DNA of 63,972 nt, filler included, from Pelomyxa schiedti (lineage: Eukaryota > Protista > Evosea), in NCBI GenBank assembly GCA_020536535.1. It is 9 parts of 9 records of this genome, joined end to end, with 100 filler letters (N's around TTAATTAATTAA, not from the genome) between each part and the next. Parts side by side here need not be neighbours in the genome. Positions count along the whole stretch, not along the records: positions 5,612 to 15,426 come from JAHLWZ010001284.1; positions 15,527 to 41,796 come from JAHLWZ010000396.1; 7 more parts are not named here. One strand, 5' to 3'. Below the pieces are notes generated by a model. That model was not told where the DNA came from, did not search any database, and saw only the letters and a list, made by a program, of their open reading frames with translations. Below, piece after piece: positions 11,476 through 23,991 of this stretch. The position numbers were made by a program, and so were the translations under genes. Within the stretch, counting starts at the first letter, position 1. The number at the start of each line of letters is the position of its first letter.

Positions 11476-12480
11476 CGAACAACACGGGCGTGGTTCGCTG
11501 CCATTTCTGGATCAGTTGATGTGAAGCCACAGCTTGTGGGCTGGCAAACTGGAAGGTGATGAACACAACAGGGAGTGGTGAGGTCAGATGAATGGAACAC
11601 TCTCATTCCTTCACTTGTGCCAACGAGGCACAGGTGGTGTGGACCAAGGTTTCTCGGATTGAAGGATGGAAACGAGAACGTGTGCACTGTTTCCTTTGTG
11701 TTGGTGTTGAACACATAAGCCGTTGATTCATCCAAGTGTACTGTGTGGAGTGTGTTGTCAATCCAGATGGCACTTAAAGCTCTAGGTGGTGTGCTGATAA
11801 CCTTGTCAATTACCAGTGTCTTGCTCTCAAATGAGCTCAGCAAGTCTACAAACAGTACCTCAGACGAAACTGCATCACCCCTCCTCAAGATGGCTTTGTT
11901 CAAATCTGGCAACAAGTTCCCACCAAAGAACAACCACACCACCCAGAGGGCTCCCGGTCGATGTCAAGCCTGATACCGTCATTCCTCTCATCATCTGTCA
12001 CGCATCAATCAACAAGCCTCCACAGGTGCACCTGTGAGAAAAAGTAGAAAATGAGCCAGCTTGTGTTCAGGCCAACCAGTTCGAAGTCACCTGCATCAGC
12101 CACATTGGCCAGGGTCCTCACATGCAACCCATTCCTGTCTGCCAAAAACACCATCTGGCCGGCTGAATAATCGTCATCAGAGTGGTATCCTTCCATCAGG
12201 AATGTGTTCCCATCACCAAATGCTCCAATAATGATGCTGTCACAGTCTGGGTTTGGCACGTAAATGAACCACAGTCAACAACACCCAGTGTTGGTGACAC
12301 CAGCACCCATAGGTGTACTATCTCACTTTTACCCTGCGGATAAAAATTTACAGTGCACACCCTCCTTGATTCCACAGACATCACCCATTTTCTACCCCAC
12401 TCAACCAACAATGACGGTATTGATGCCATGTGACAAATAGGTGGTGCTGGTGTCACTCTGTTGATGGACAAAATTACATT
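11476..12480 (-). pseudogene. Disrupted member of the lineage-expanded intronless beta-rich family
   Basis: Three frameshifted ORFs (12196-12471, 12005-12259, 11463-11942). EWGRKWVM and VSPTLGVV resemble the ORFs at 48138 and 49820. The 3' end is cut by the TIR element. Confidence 0.55.
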
Positions 12481-14183
12481 AGACTCATTTATGCCTCACA
12501 TCTATTTTGACGATTATGTTGCGTGTTGTTTGAAAGACCTACCGTCCATCATTAGTAAAGTGAGTTATGGGAGCACATGCGATGGCCACAAACTGGTCCT
12601 TTGCCTTCAACAACGCCGAAACGCTCATTCTTTGATTGTTCTCAGAACTGCCAAAAACCAACATGAGAGGCAACTCAATCAGTGGCCGAGTTTCTGACAA
12701 AATTCCTTTTAAGGGAACTTTGGCACAAAATTATGTTTTCTTCTTCACTTGGGACCTTAATAACTCGGAAAATAGAGCAGACCCTCAGGAAAAAAATCCT
12801 GGAAGTCATTAAACACATAGGAAAGAGTCCATCCCAGAGATAACATCTGTTGGGTGGAACACTCTGCCTAAGGGTCGATTTATCAAATTATCGGAAATTC
12901 CTGAAAATTTAAAAAATGTGAAAATTTTAGTTAGTGTTGCGTGCGGTGGTGTAGCCAAGTGATGTGGTGTTGTTTTACTGTCGGTTTTTGTTGTACCCAC
13001 CGAGCATTGGGTTTTTGGTTGCCGCAAGACGGCCGTCGGTTTTTTTTTTGGTCGGGCTCGGTTTTTTTGTTCGGGATGTGGTGTTGGTTGTACACCACAT
13101 CTTTATTTAAAATTCTACATAGAATTCGGGAGCTACATAGAGGTAGGTCGGCCGCAGAAGCGGGGCGCGAGGGGGAAACATTTTTTTTTTTTTTTGGGCA
13201 ACGTTGCCGAAAGGAGTCGGACCAAAACGTGCGGGTGGTGATGAAACGCTTCGTTGAATATCACTGACTTAGAGGATTTTGTTTTTCTTGCTGTACTTTT
13301 CCTGCAGAAACTCATTTGGTGATTACCTCCCCTGAACTCGGGCCAAATGAGCTGATTTCTCCTCCTATTTGTGGGCTATGTGTTTTACAACGAATTGACC
13401 CTTTGCCGCGGGCTAAGAGGCTTGAAGGTTGGACTACTGACAATCAAAGTATTTTTTTTTCCTTTGGGCCCAAACATCGGAACCACAGGGCCTCCGTGCC
13501 CAGATGTGCGTCCATACGATGTGTCACACCGTGGGTAGGACTGTTGGCGCGAGCAGGGACGTCGAGGGTCACTTGTGGCCGAGAAAACCAATGAGGGAGG
13601 TACAGGAGTTTGTAACTTTAATACCACCCAAATAACACATAATCCACAGTCACCACAGTGTGGATTACTCTCACTCTGCACTGTACTACACTGTCTAGTG
13701 ACGATATTCCTCCTTTTCGAGGTCCGTCCCAGTTCGCTCTATCCCCTCAGTGGTCTATTTTTAGGTTTGTCAGAATTGTCTCTCATCAGTAAGCGAGTTA
13801 CGAGACGTTACAACAACACAATTTTCCGTCTTCCAATACACAGCCAACGACCAACAAGCAATTAGATAAACGAATCATCAGCTGCCACTTCTTCCTCTTC
13901 GTCGTCGCTCAACGCGATGCAGCCCGTGTAGTCGCCGTTCACGGTGCGCAAGGTGGTGGTGCTGGCCAACGACCCCAAGGACAGCCAGGCCGTCGTGGCC
14001 ATGCTGGCACCCGTCGTCGCCGGGGTCACCGCCGCCGTCTACGTCGCCGTCGCACGGGGCGCTCAACGCGAGCGCGGGGGCGCCCAGGACGCCGCTGGTG
14101 GCGAGGGCCCCGTCGTGCGGCGTCGACTTCGTGGCCACAACGCTAAATGACAAGGTGCGTGTGTTGTGTGGTTTTTTCTTTTG

Positions 14184-14277
14184 TTGCTTTTGCTTTTGCT
14201 TTTGCTTTTGTTTTTGCTTTTGCTTTTGCTTTTGCTTTTGCTTTTGCTTTTGCTTTTGCTTTTGCTTTTGTTTTTGC
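14184..14277. repeat. (TTTTGC)n microsatellite
   Basis: About 15 tandem hexamers. Confidence 0.95.
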
Positions 14278-15163
14278 AAGCGGTACTTTTTTCTTCTTTG
14301 CATTGTTATTTGGTCCAAAGGTGCAGTATACACTACATAGGATATTATTACAACGACCCTAAAAAAACACAAACAAAAACGCAACCAAATAACAAGACAG
14401 AAGAAAAAAAGGGATAGTCGAGAAATATCCCCCACAAGCACCGAGATTGCTGGTTCCAAGGTACGAAAGTGAAACAGCACCCTTGGTGACCCAAGACACG
14501 GCTCAGGTGTCTCCCATTCCGTTAATACCTTTATTTTTGTATTTTTCTTGCTTAATACTAAGAAATAATTTTGAGCTCCTCGGATCTGCAAATTACTGAC
14601 TAAATCTATTAATCTTGGTAAAACTTCCGCACTGCACACAACTACCAAAAAAAACCCCTCGTTGACATCTTACAGTTTTGGGGTTGGAGTACAATCCCGC
14701 AGGTATTACTCCGCTTTCTACTTTTCTATCTTGTAAAGCCGCATTCCATTTCACACAAACACCTCAAAAAAAAAAAGCGTGCCCAGTTCACCACAAATGT
14801 GCAAAACGAGCTGAAGAAGAAACCTCATGCTTGTGAAATTAAATTACCCTCCAACTCCAAAGAGTGTCTTGAGGCAAAAACCCAAAATAAAACATTTGTG
14901 TGTTGCATTGGTTTTGCAAGGATCTGTATCCTTGTTTTGCGTTCTTCAGGATGAAACAATCCTGCAGCCTTGGAGTCAGGGTCGGTGTCCGATCAATTGA
15001 ACAATTTGCGGAAGTAACTTTTTCTGGTGTTCTGTGAGACACTTCTTGTAGAATTTTTGGTGCTCCCAAAGACAAGTACGTAGATCGTAGTTTTTTTCTC
15101 GTTTCCAGCAAGAACGACCGACGTCCTTTGTGTTTTTTTTCACAGCCCTTTTCTGCGTGTACG

Positions 15164-15426
15164 ATGTCGGATACGTGCATCGGGACAGTGACGATGGTCG
15201 TGGACGACAACAAAACGTCGCCTGACGGTACGTACACTGGGCGCCTGGTCAACAACAAGCGCGACGGCTGCGGCGCCTACACCTGGCCAGACGGCCGCAC
15301 GTACAACGGCGAGTGGCGGGACGGCAAGATGCACGGCCGCGGCGTGTACGCCTGGCCCAACGGAGACACGCACGAGGGCGAGTTCCACAACGGCACGCAG
15401 GACGGCTGGGGCGTGCGCAGCTACGC
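15164..15426 (+). CDS. MORN-repeat protein, 5' part, truncated by the scaffold end
   Basis: YTGRLVNNKRDGCGAYTWPDGRTYNGEWRDGKMHGRGVYAWPNGDTHEGEF. Shares YTGRLVNN with the 6498 gene. Confidence 0.85.
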
Positions 15427-16465
15427 NNNNNNNNNNNNNNNNNNNNNNNNNNNNNNNNNNNNNNNNNNNNTTAATTAATTAANNNNNNNNNNNNNNNNNN
15501 NNNNNNNNNNNNNNNNNNNNNNNNNNACCATTCATTCTCAACACATTTCTGTCTCCATCCTTGGAGTAAAAAAGTGAATAAAGAAATTTGAAGGTGAAGT
15601 GGATGTAAACCTGAACAAAGCCTTGTTGAGGAAGGGGGATAACGTTGTAAGGGTTGGGACCAGGTACCACCGATGGCATGGATTTCACAGTGTTGTTGAT
15701 CCTATACCGGAAAAGGGATTTCAATGCAAAGTAGTAGCAGGAGTGAGAGACATACACTTGTTGCGCAACAACAATGGAATCATTCTGGTTCCAGTGGGAA
15801 ATTTCCCCCCACGGCGGGAGATAGCACCCCGGCGATATTTCGCTTGAAGGTGTTTGGTTGTTTGCTGCTGGAGCGTTGTGGTTGTTGTATATAATTTGGT
15901 GTTGGTTGTTGGTTTTGAAGTGAATTTTGTGTGGTGGGCAGCTCGTGGTGGTGGCTGTGGGTGCCTCCCATAAGAGTAATGGGGAAGTGGCCGATACGCC
16001 ACGAACAGCACGGGGGTCCATCGACGCTTAAACGTTCAACCGATATTTGGCAGTTGGTGTGGTTTTTTGTTTTTGTTTTCTTGTGTGTTCTTGTGGTTTT
16101 TTTTTTCCCCGATTCTCTTCAGCGTTTCGATCGCCCTGGCGCGCTTTTGGGTTTCCCCAAAACCTTCGAAAGGCAGCGTATACCCATTTGGGTGTAAAAG
16201 TTCGCAAACCTCGAGCGAACCCGTTGCAGCGCGACATCAAACCGAACTTTGTTTCCAAATTGGTCAATGTTCCTGTAAACTGTTTTTGGGTCAGAGATTC
16301 ATTCTGTAGGCTTGTCCGTCAGCAGGCATTTTCCATGGAATGGGACAATTAATTATGTCCAATATTACCAGTAATATTAGAGTGGAAGTTGAGGGAAGCA
16401 CCTTGGCTTAGAAGCGAGGCATTAAAAGCAAAGTTGAACGAAAACACTCGAGTACCGCGAAAAAC

Positions 16466-19400
16466 ATGGGAGACGACAACGACGATGTTTCTCGTGTGAG
16501 TTGCGGCGTGTGTGGTCGCCTCTACGACTGCTGCGAGTCCCCTCTCGCTCTGCCGACACCAACCACATCTCCGAACGCAGCTACACCAACAACAGCAGCA
16601 ACGACGACAACGACTCCAAAAGCCGACGCCCCAACCACCACCGCCTCCTCTGACTTGTTGTTGTTGTCCTCATCATCATCCGGGGTGCCGGTTGTGATGC
16701 CGTGCAGGTGCGGGCACACTGTGTGCGCGGGGTGCGCCGACGCAGGCAGATCCCTCGCCATCCTGTGTGGTGGTTCCGCTGGTGGCAGGCGTGGCACCAG
16801 TGGTACACACCAACAAGAGGAACCAGGGTTTTTGGAAACTGTTGGGCATCATCATCACGCCGGAGCTGGAATGACGTCACCAGCACCACCTTACACCAAC
16901 GTAGTCTGAATTACTTGTTAATACTTAATCACAATTACATATGTAGTTACTACTTATAAAACGAAATGATAAACCATTGCCGTACTTAGTTTAGTATTAT
17001 CAGTTCTAGTATGTTGAATAGAAATTCTATTGAGAGGGCTGTGTTACATAAGTGTAGCGTTAGAGTGCATTCACTGTTGTTTGACAGGTTTGTGCTGCTG
17101 TTGGAACAAGCAAAAATTTCGGGGTTTCTGCTGCTGTGACTGATGATCCAATCAAGTGTCTTCTGTGCGGGGCTGTTGGCGTTGTTCCAAGCTCCCTGAG
17201 GACAATTGAGGCCCTCACTGTCAACGAGTCTCTGTTCCCAGCAATCAACAGTTTCAAATCAGGTGCTCTCCTCCAGAAAATAACTTTAAACACTGAACAA
17301 GCCATTAAACAAACTCATTTAACTTCAGCACCCAAAAGAGTGCTCTGTTCCATGGAATGTGAAAATGAAGCTTCTGTTACCTGTGCTGACTGTGGCTGTT
17401 CAATGTGCTCTATGCATGAGAGGGTGATCCACGTTGGTTTCCTCAAATCACACACCAGAAGCCTGTTGCCTGTTGTCAAGCCGTCCACACCAACAACAAG
17501 TCATCTCTTCCCGCCCATACCACCGCCAACACAAATCATGAAATGCAAGGAGCACAATGAACCACTGAAACTGTTCTGCAAATCGTCGTCATCGTCCTCT
17601 GCATCGAAATCCCCGAGTGAGCAGAACCATCAGCAACAGGAGGAGGCAGAGACATGCCAACGTGCAGTTTGCATTGTGTGTGCACAGTTCGGGTTGCACA
17701 AGGGCCACAACGTTGTTCCAATCAATGATTGGAGTGACGAGTGCCACAAGACACTCTCTGGGTGTGTCCAGGATCTTAAAGAGCGATCAAAGTCTCTCTC
17801 TTTGCTCCACGATGAACTCCGCATCGAGACAAGCGATTACTCCAAGGTTCCATCTCTCCCCCTCTTTCAATGTGACATTCACATAAATCTTCCTGTGACA
17901 AAAAGATTGTGCACAAGTTTGAGAATGATGTCAATGCTCTTTTCACGAGCCTTTTTGAAGCTCTTGACACAAAACGAACTGAGTTGCTTGATGCCAGTGC
18001 AAAGTTGAAGGCTGCCTGTGGTTCGTTAACCTCTTAATCTAATGTCGTCACATTTGCCCACACCCAAAAAAGATTTCCAAGCAGCAGAGAGGCTGAGTCA
18101 CTTGGAGCGCATATCATCACAGATCAAGGTGGCATCACACCGGTTTGAATTGCCTCTTGAAGAAGAAGGCACAACAATGAACTTGCCGTTTCTGGCAGAA
18201 ACAATCCAGCAATGCCGAAACCTTCTGAAGGTCAGTGTGACTGCAGGCCACTTCACATCCTTTTCCCTGACCGTTTGTATGGCAGATTCTCACCACTGGT
18301 TCAATCTCCAAGTGGGACCCTCTGAGGTTTGATGTGAAAGTGGCCAATGCACAGCCAATCCTCTCACTCATTGCCAATATTGGCTCAATATCTCTTGTTG
18401 GTGTGTGTGCACACAAACTCTCATTCATATTCAATGAAACTAATTCTCATTCCCCGACAGGCCCACCAGCAGAAGTGACAGGTGTTGACATCGTTTCTGT
18501 GACTTCCACAACAGTCACTGTGAAGTGGAATCCAGCAATTGAGAGGGGTGCTCCTGTCACAAGATACGAGGTCAATATTGCAGATGTGATGAACAAAGTC
18601 TGTTCCACAAAAACTGTGGTGGCACCAACAACAACGTGCCAGGTGATCATTGATGGGCTGAGGCCAGGAACAGAATACAGTGCTGTTGTTCGTGCAGCAA
18701 CACAAGTAGGGTCATCACCATTCTCCCAACCAACAAAATCAGTGAAGACAAAGTCGACACCTGGTGTGGTTGTGAAGCTGTGGGGTGCTGGTGGTGGAAG
18801 TTGTGGCAACAGTGGAGCTGGAGGAGACGGAAAAATAGCAACATGTGGTGGAGGTGGGGGGTTTGTTCAAGGAATTGTGAGATTGGAACCAGGATCAGGA
18901 GGTATCAGGGTGACTGTTGGTGGCTTTGGTGGGTGTTGGAATGAGGGGTTCTTTGGTGAAGACCCAACTGGTGTGAAGCAGGCTGTTCCCCAACAGCCAC
19001 AGGTGAAAGGTGGCCACATGGGTGGTGGTGGATCTTCCGGTTACAACCCTGATAATCTGCAGGGAGTTGGAGGAACCAAAGGAGGAGGTGGAAGTGGTGG
19101 GTCAAGCAACGCAGGAGGTGGTGGAGGTGGTGCATCGTTCATTGAGGACAATGTGACTGGTGCACTGATAGCAGCAGCCGGTGGAGGTGGAGGGGGCGGC
19201 GGACGCTGCTCCGGGGGTGGCGGTGGCGGAGGAGGGGCAAATGGGAGCAACCTGGGAAGTGGTGGGGCCGGTGGTAGGAACCTGAATGGTGGCCATGAGG
19301 GAGTGAATGGGAATGGAGGTGGAGGTGGAGCTGGTCCTCCACCGACTTCCGGAGGAAGAAGTGACACAGGTGGTGGCAACGGTGGTTTTGTTGGTTGCAA

Positions 19401-19719
19401 TGCAACGAGTGGGCAGTGCGGAGGGGGTGGGGGCGGCCAAAGCCACACTGGAAACCCTGATTATGTTGGTGGGGGAGGGGGAGGAGGGGGTGGGAGCACA
19501 GTTGGGCTCGAGAGCGGCAGCGTCGTCACGCGCGACGCGGTGAGCTGCCAGGTGAATGCTGCCAACGAGGGCGACGCACACTGGGCGTCCCCTGCTGGCC
19601 GTGGCGGCTGCGACTACAAGCACGGGAACACGGGACGCGTTGTGATACTCACTGAGGATGGTGCCACCGTGCTTGCTGTGTTTGACAAGTGTGGATCCTT
19701 CTCCTGGTCGTTGCCTTGA
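16466..19719 (+). CDS. TRIM-like protein: split RING, two B-boxes, coiled coil, FN3, glycine-rich (ALK/LTK-type) domain; spliced
   Basis: RING: CGVC...PCRCGHTVCAGC...IKCLLC. B-boxes: CSMECENEASVTCADC...CSMHERVIH..H and CKEHNEPLKLFC...CQRAVCIVCAQFGLHKGH. FN3: VTVKWNP...LRPGTEYSAVVRA. Gly-rich: VKLWGAGGG...LIAAAGGGGGG. Exon borders approximate. Confidence 0.82.
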
Positions 19720-19967
19720 CAACACGGTACGCAGTCATTGGGATCTTTAACACCCTAACTGACAGTAATGTCAATCTGTTAATTTAAATTCTCCTTCGTT
19801 TCTACTTAATTTGCCACCCAGAGCCGTGGGTACCCCAAACTTGTCGTTGTAAACATGTTTGTTTTTTTTTTTTACAAGTTTGCTCTCTCATCGGCGAAAG
19901 TAGGGAGAGCAGGTTCAGTAAGGTATGTATGTTAGCGTCGCTCAATTGTTCCTGTGAATGGATGTCA

Positions 19968-21496
19968 TTAGAATGTGTTGCTGGCCCGACCAACGACTTG
20001 AAGGATGTCATTTGGTTGGGAGAAGTCCATGTGGAATGGGTTGTTTCCTGTGATGAACCCGGACCGCGCGTTACTGCCGTAGCAGAAATTCTCCACGGAT
20101 TTGTGGATGGCTGCCAGAATAAACAAGTTGCCTGATTGTGATGATGGATGAATTGAGGAATTGGAGACAGGATCTTTACTTGAAATCTTACAGTACTGAA
20201 TAGTAAAGTCAAATGAAGACTGGAAATCACTCAGTGCTTTGAACAGAGGGAGGAAGTTCTCTTCTCGAATTGACATTATGGAAATAAAAACCACCGGCCC
20301 TGTGGTTATTGCGGGAAATTAAAGAAAAAAAGATAAATTAGACCATCAAGAGTGAGCTATAAATTATGAGGATCAGTTAAGTGCACATACTTCGGAATAT
20401 TCGTTCCGGTATTCCGGCAATTGTGGATTGCGGAACTGTGTTCAGGTTAGAGTGTGGTTGTGTTTGTTGTTGAGAGTGCTCATAACACACGCTTTGGAAT
20501 GAACCGGCTGTCCACAATGCATTGCCTGTTTGACGTGGTTTTGAGAGAGACAAACTCTAGTGTGCCTTTAATATGCGCCAGTGCACTCGTGAATTCCTGC
20601 TGGCCTCGTCCGGGTGTGGTTGTGTGATGGCTGTCGGTTTTTGTGTACAGGTGTGAATGTTGTTGCTGTTGTTGTTGTTGCTGTGGTGCATCTGGAGAGG
20701 GTCGCAGCAATCTGAGGGGACCTGATAACCGGAGTTGGTTGCAGTGATTGCGAGCTCTCGAGCACAATGAGATGGAGTTGGATGAGAAAGCACCAATGCC
20801 AGGAATCGTGGTCACGAGGTAAACGATCTTAGACTTGATGTGTGTTCTGCCGGAATGAAAATAAAAGTGTTTGTTGAAACAAAAAATAAGAAATAGTGAG
20901 TTTAGCAACCTGGTGGAAGAACATTTTGGAGTGATGTAAAAAGTAATCACCTCCTGCGAGTGGGAATGAAGGTCAAAGCTAGTTGTGGTTTCTGGCAGAC
21001 TCCACAGTGAAATTTCCGCTGGTTCCCCGTTTTTCCCATTGCACTTTGAGCATGTGGCCTCTATCGAGTTGAGGAATGTGTGAGGCGGAGGAAGTGTGTT
21101 GATTGGTTGGAAAAAAAAAAGGAAAGAATTACTTGAGTTCAAACCCCATTTGACCCACGATCCACCGAGAACGTAGTTCGACAGATCGGTGTGTGAGAAT
21201 CCCGATGATTGTCTCCACATTGTGTTCACGATCAGCCTCATCTGAATTGACCCACCGCCGACATTAATGCCCATTCATAGCTCATAATAACTAACTAATT
21301 GTCTATTTTTTTTTTAAACACACACACACCACAGCACAAAACAAACACACGCAGGCGGAGGAGGTGTGTGTACGACGTAGCACATCAACACCATTCGTAC
21401 AGTGTATTGGTTGTGCATGTACATCACATCACTGTCTGTCCTCAGCTCAAGGTGGTCTGTCGACGAGAGACTCACACTGACACGGCGCTTGATCAT
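19968..21496 (-). CDS. Uncharacterised two-domain family protein, tandem copy 1 (spliced)
   Basis: Exons encode DVMYMHNQYT / MRLIVNTMWRQ..VLGGSWVKWG / CSKC..ISLWSLP..TPKCSSTR / HIKSKIVYLVTTIPG / LEFVSLKTTSNRQCIVDSRFIPKR / GNNPFHMDFSQPN, conserved in copies 2-4. Confidence 0.72.
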
Positions 21497-21730
21497 CCAC
21501 TTTCGCCTAACTACCAGATCCTGATTAATGAGAGTTTTGCAAATCTGGTGAAACTTGTGCCTTTTTGGTTTGTGTCAAGGAAGGCCCTATCTCTATCGAA
21601 CATAACACTCAGAAACAGGACTGAGGCACTTGTCGAGAACAGAAGAAAAACAAGCCTTTGAGAATACAGAGGGTGTTGGGGTCGATTTGTACATGTTTAC
21701 AAAAGGTGCAGTGTGAATGAGTGAGTTGGG

Positions 21731-23311
21731 TCAAAAGAACTGAGTGGTTTGGGAGAATGTGTTGTTGGCCCAGCCGACGAATTTGAGGATTGGGTTTGGT
21801 TGTGAGAAGTCAATGTGGAATGGGTTGTTACCGGAGATGAATCCGGAACGCACTTCACTGCAATAACAGAAATTCTCAACGGAATTATGAATTGCGGCCA
21901 GCAGAAACATGTTGCCTAAAATGAGTGAGAAGTAGTAGGAAATCGGGATTGATACTTGAAATCTTCCCGTGGTGGAAAGTAAAACCCAATGATGACTGTA
22001 ACTCACACAGGGCTTTGAACAGTGTGATGAAGTGCTCTTCTCTTATTGACATTATGGAAACAAAAATCGCCGGTCCTGTGTGTGTTGATTAAAAAAGCTG
22101 ACTACGGAGAAATTGTAATTACTGCGGAGGATCCGTTCTGGAATTCCGGCAATTGTAGATTCGGGAACTGCAAAAGAGAGAGAATACCACTGTGTTAACA
22201 ATGAGTGGATGGGGTGGGTGGTTCTGACCCACCAATACATACGCTTCGGGTTAGAACGGCTATCCACAATGTATTGTCTGCTTGATGTAGTTTTGAGGGA
22301 GACAAGCTCCATCGTGCCTTTGGTGTGATCGGTTGTTGGTGTGATACAATTTTCAGTTTTGTTGTGGTTAAAGTGGAATTCTTCTGGGGTTGCTGTTCTT
22401 TTTAATGAGGGTAACAGCTCCAAATGAAAATGCAGGAGCAGTGGTGATGCCGGTGGTGGTGATGTGCAGGATGCCAAAAGAAATTTGTTGGTGCCTTCTG
22501 AACGCTGGTTGTCGTGGTAGCGGGCTCTTGAACACAACGAGATGGCGTTTGAGGTGAGAGTTCTGATTCCAGGAATGGTAGACACCCGGAACACAATCTT
22601 GGACTTGATGTGTGATCTGCAGAGGTCGTTCAGCAGTTGCGAAAAGGTGTTCCCACTAAAAACCTTGTGGAAGAGCACTTTGGGGTGATGTGGAACGTTA
22701 TCAACTCCTTTGGGTGAATGTTGGAATGCATCCCTACATCAAAACTGGTTGTGAAATCCGGAAGACTCCACAGTGAAATTTCCACTGGTTCTCCATCCTT
22801 TCCATTGCACCTCGAACACACTGCCTCTGTGGCGTGCAACAAATTGTCAAGGAGAAATCGGGAGTGAGTTTCCAGCTTACTTGCGCTGAGGCCCCATTTT
22901 ACCCAAGAGCCACCAAGAACGTGGTTTACCAGCTCAGTGTGCGATATCCCTGTCGCTTGCCTCCACATTGAATCAATACTCAGCCTCAACTATATATATT
23001 ATTACTATTGAATTTAATAGTTACCAAATGAAAACAAACCAAAAAAAAAAAAAAAACGGGAATAAAAAAAACCGTCGTACGTTGTACGTGTTGTGCATGT
23101 ACAATACGTCGCCATCAACCCATAATTTCGCACTCACAGTCGGCGACGTGGCGACATCGAGCCACTTTCTCGGCGTTGCTGTTGATGGTGTGGCCGCTGC
23201 AACCCCAAACGCCCCCCTCGCAGCACCAGCCATCACACCAAAAACAGTAACAAGCCCGTTTGGTTTTATTATGGACTGATTAGCATAAATGTTGGTTTCG
23301 GTGATTCTCAT
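21731..23311 (-). CDS. Uncharacterised two-domain family protein, tandem copy 2 (spliced)
   Basis: Same motif order: DVLYMHNTYN, MWRQ..VLGGSWVKWG, CSRC, TPKCSSTR, HIKSKI, MELVSLKTTSSRQYIVDSRSNPKR, FAVPESTIAGIPE, GNNPFHIDFSQPNPILKFVGW. Confidence 0.72.
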
Positions 23312-23414
23312 TATCTTGCCGCAAAGTGGCACCACTTCTGCGCCCAGAAGAATGAACAGAGTTCCAGGTGAAGAACAACGGCTACAACTGAATGTAGACA
23401 TCAGTCAGACATGG

Positions 23415-23800
23415 TCAACAAGGCACATCAAAACCAACCATAATGGTGAGTAACCATTGAACAAGTGTTGGTGCAGGCTCGACGGAGATCATGTGGGGTG
23501 GTTTCCAGGGGGAAATTGGTGATAACCCACTTGAATGCTTGTGAACTGGATGCAGTCTGCAGAGAAGGACGGCTTGTCGTTCATGGCACAGTTTATTTAA
23601 ATTGTTGACACTCTCTATATCCAATCCAGGCACTTTAAACTCCCTGCCTCGCCGCAGCACTTGAGCGCGAAGTAGCGCGATGTGTGCCGCCTCCCATAAT
23701 CCGCGGCGGTTGCGTGCGGGAGCGTGTGCTCCACGAGCACCCTCGCTGCGTGGACGGCGTGGCAGGGAGACCATTGCTGTCTGGTCTGGAAAGGGAACAC
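23415..23800 (-). pseudogene. Possible protein-kinase N-lobe fragment
   Basis: SRYFALKC resembles the kinase VAxK strand. Frameshifted, with no HRD or DFG seen. Confidence 0.2.
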
Positions 23801-23991
23801 GTGCGGTCTTGAAAGACCAGCATCACTGAAAAACTATCTCAGAGTAGGTTCAGAGAAGCCATCAAAATTTTGTTGATTACTTCTCGAAAGAAGCTTAGTG
23901 GCGCACGACCAAGGATATCTACATCGTTGTGTATAAAAAAAAGGCAGGTGTGCAGTTGTTGTTTGTTGCGTGTGGGAATGTGTGTTAGTTG

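Noticed and set aside
13878-14648. 256-aa ORF with a QK repeat
   Set aside because: Produced by the stop-free microsatellite and a GC-rich patch; no coherent domain.
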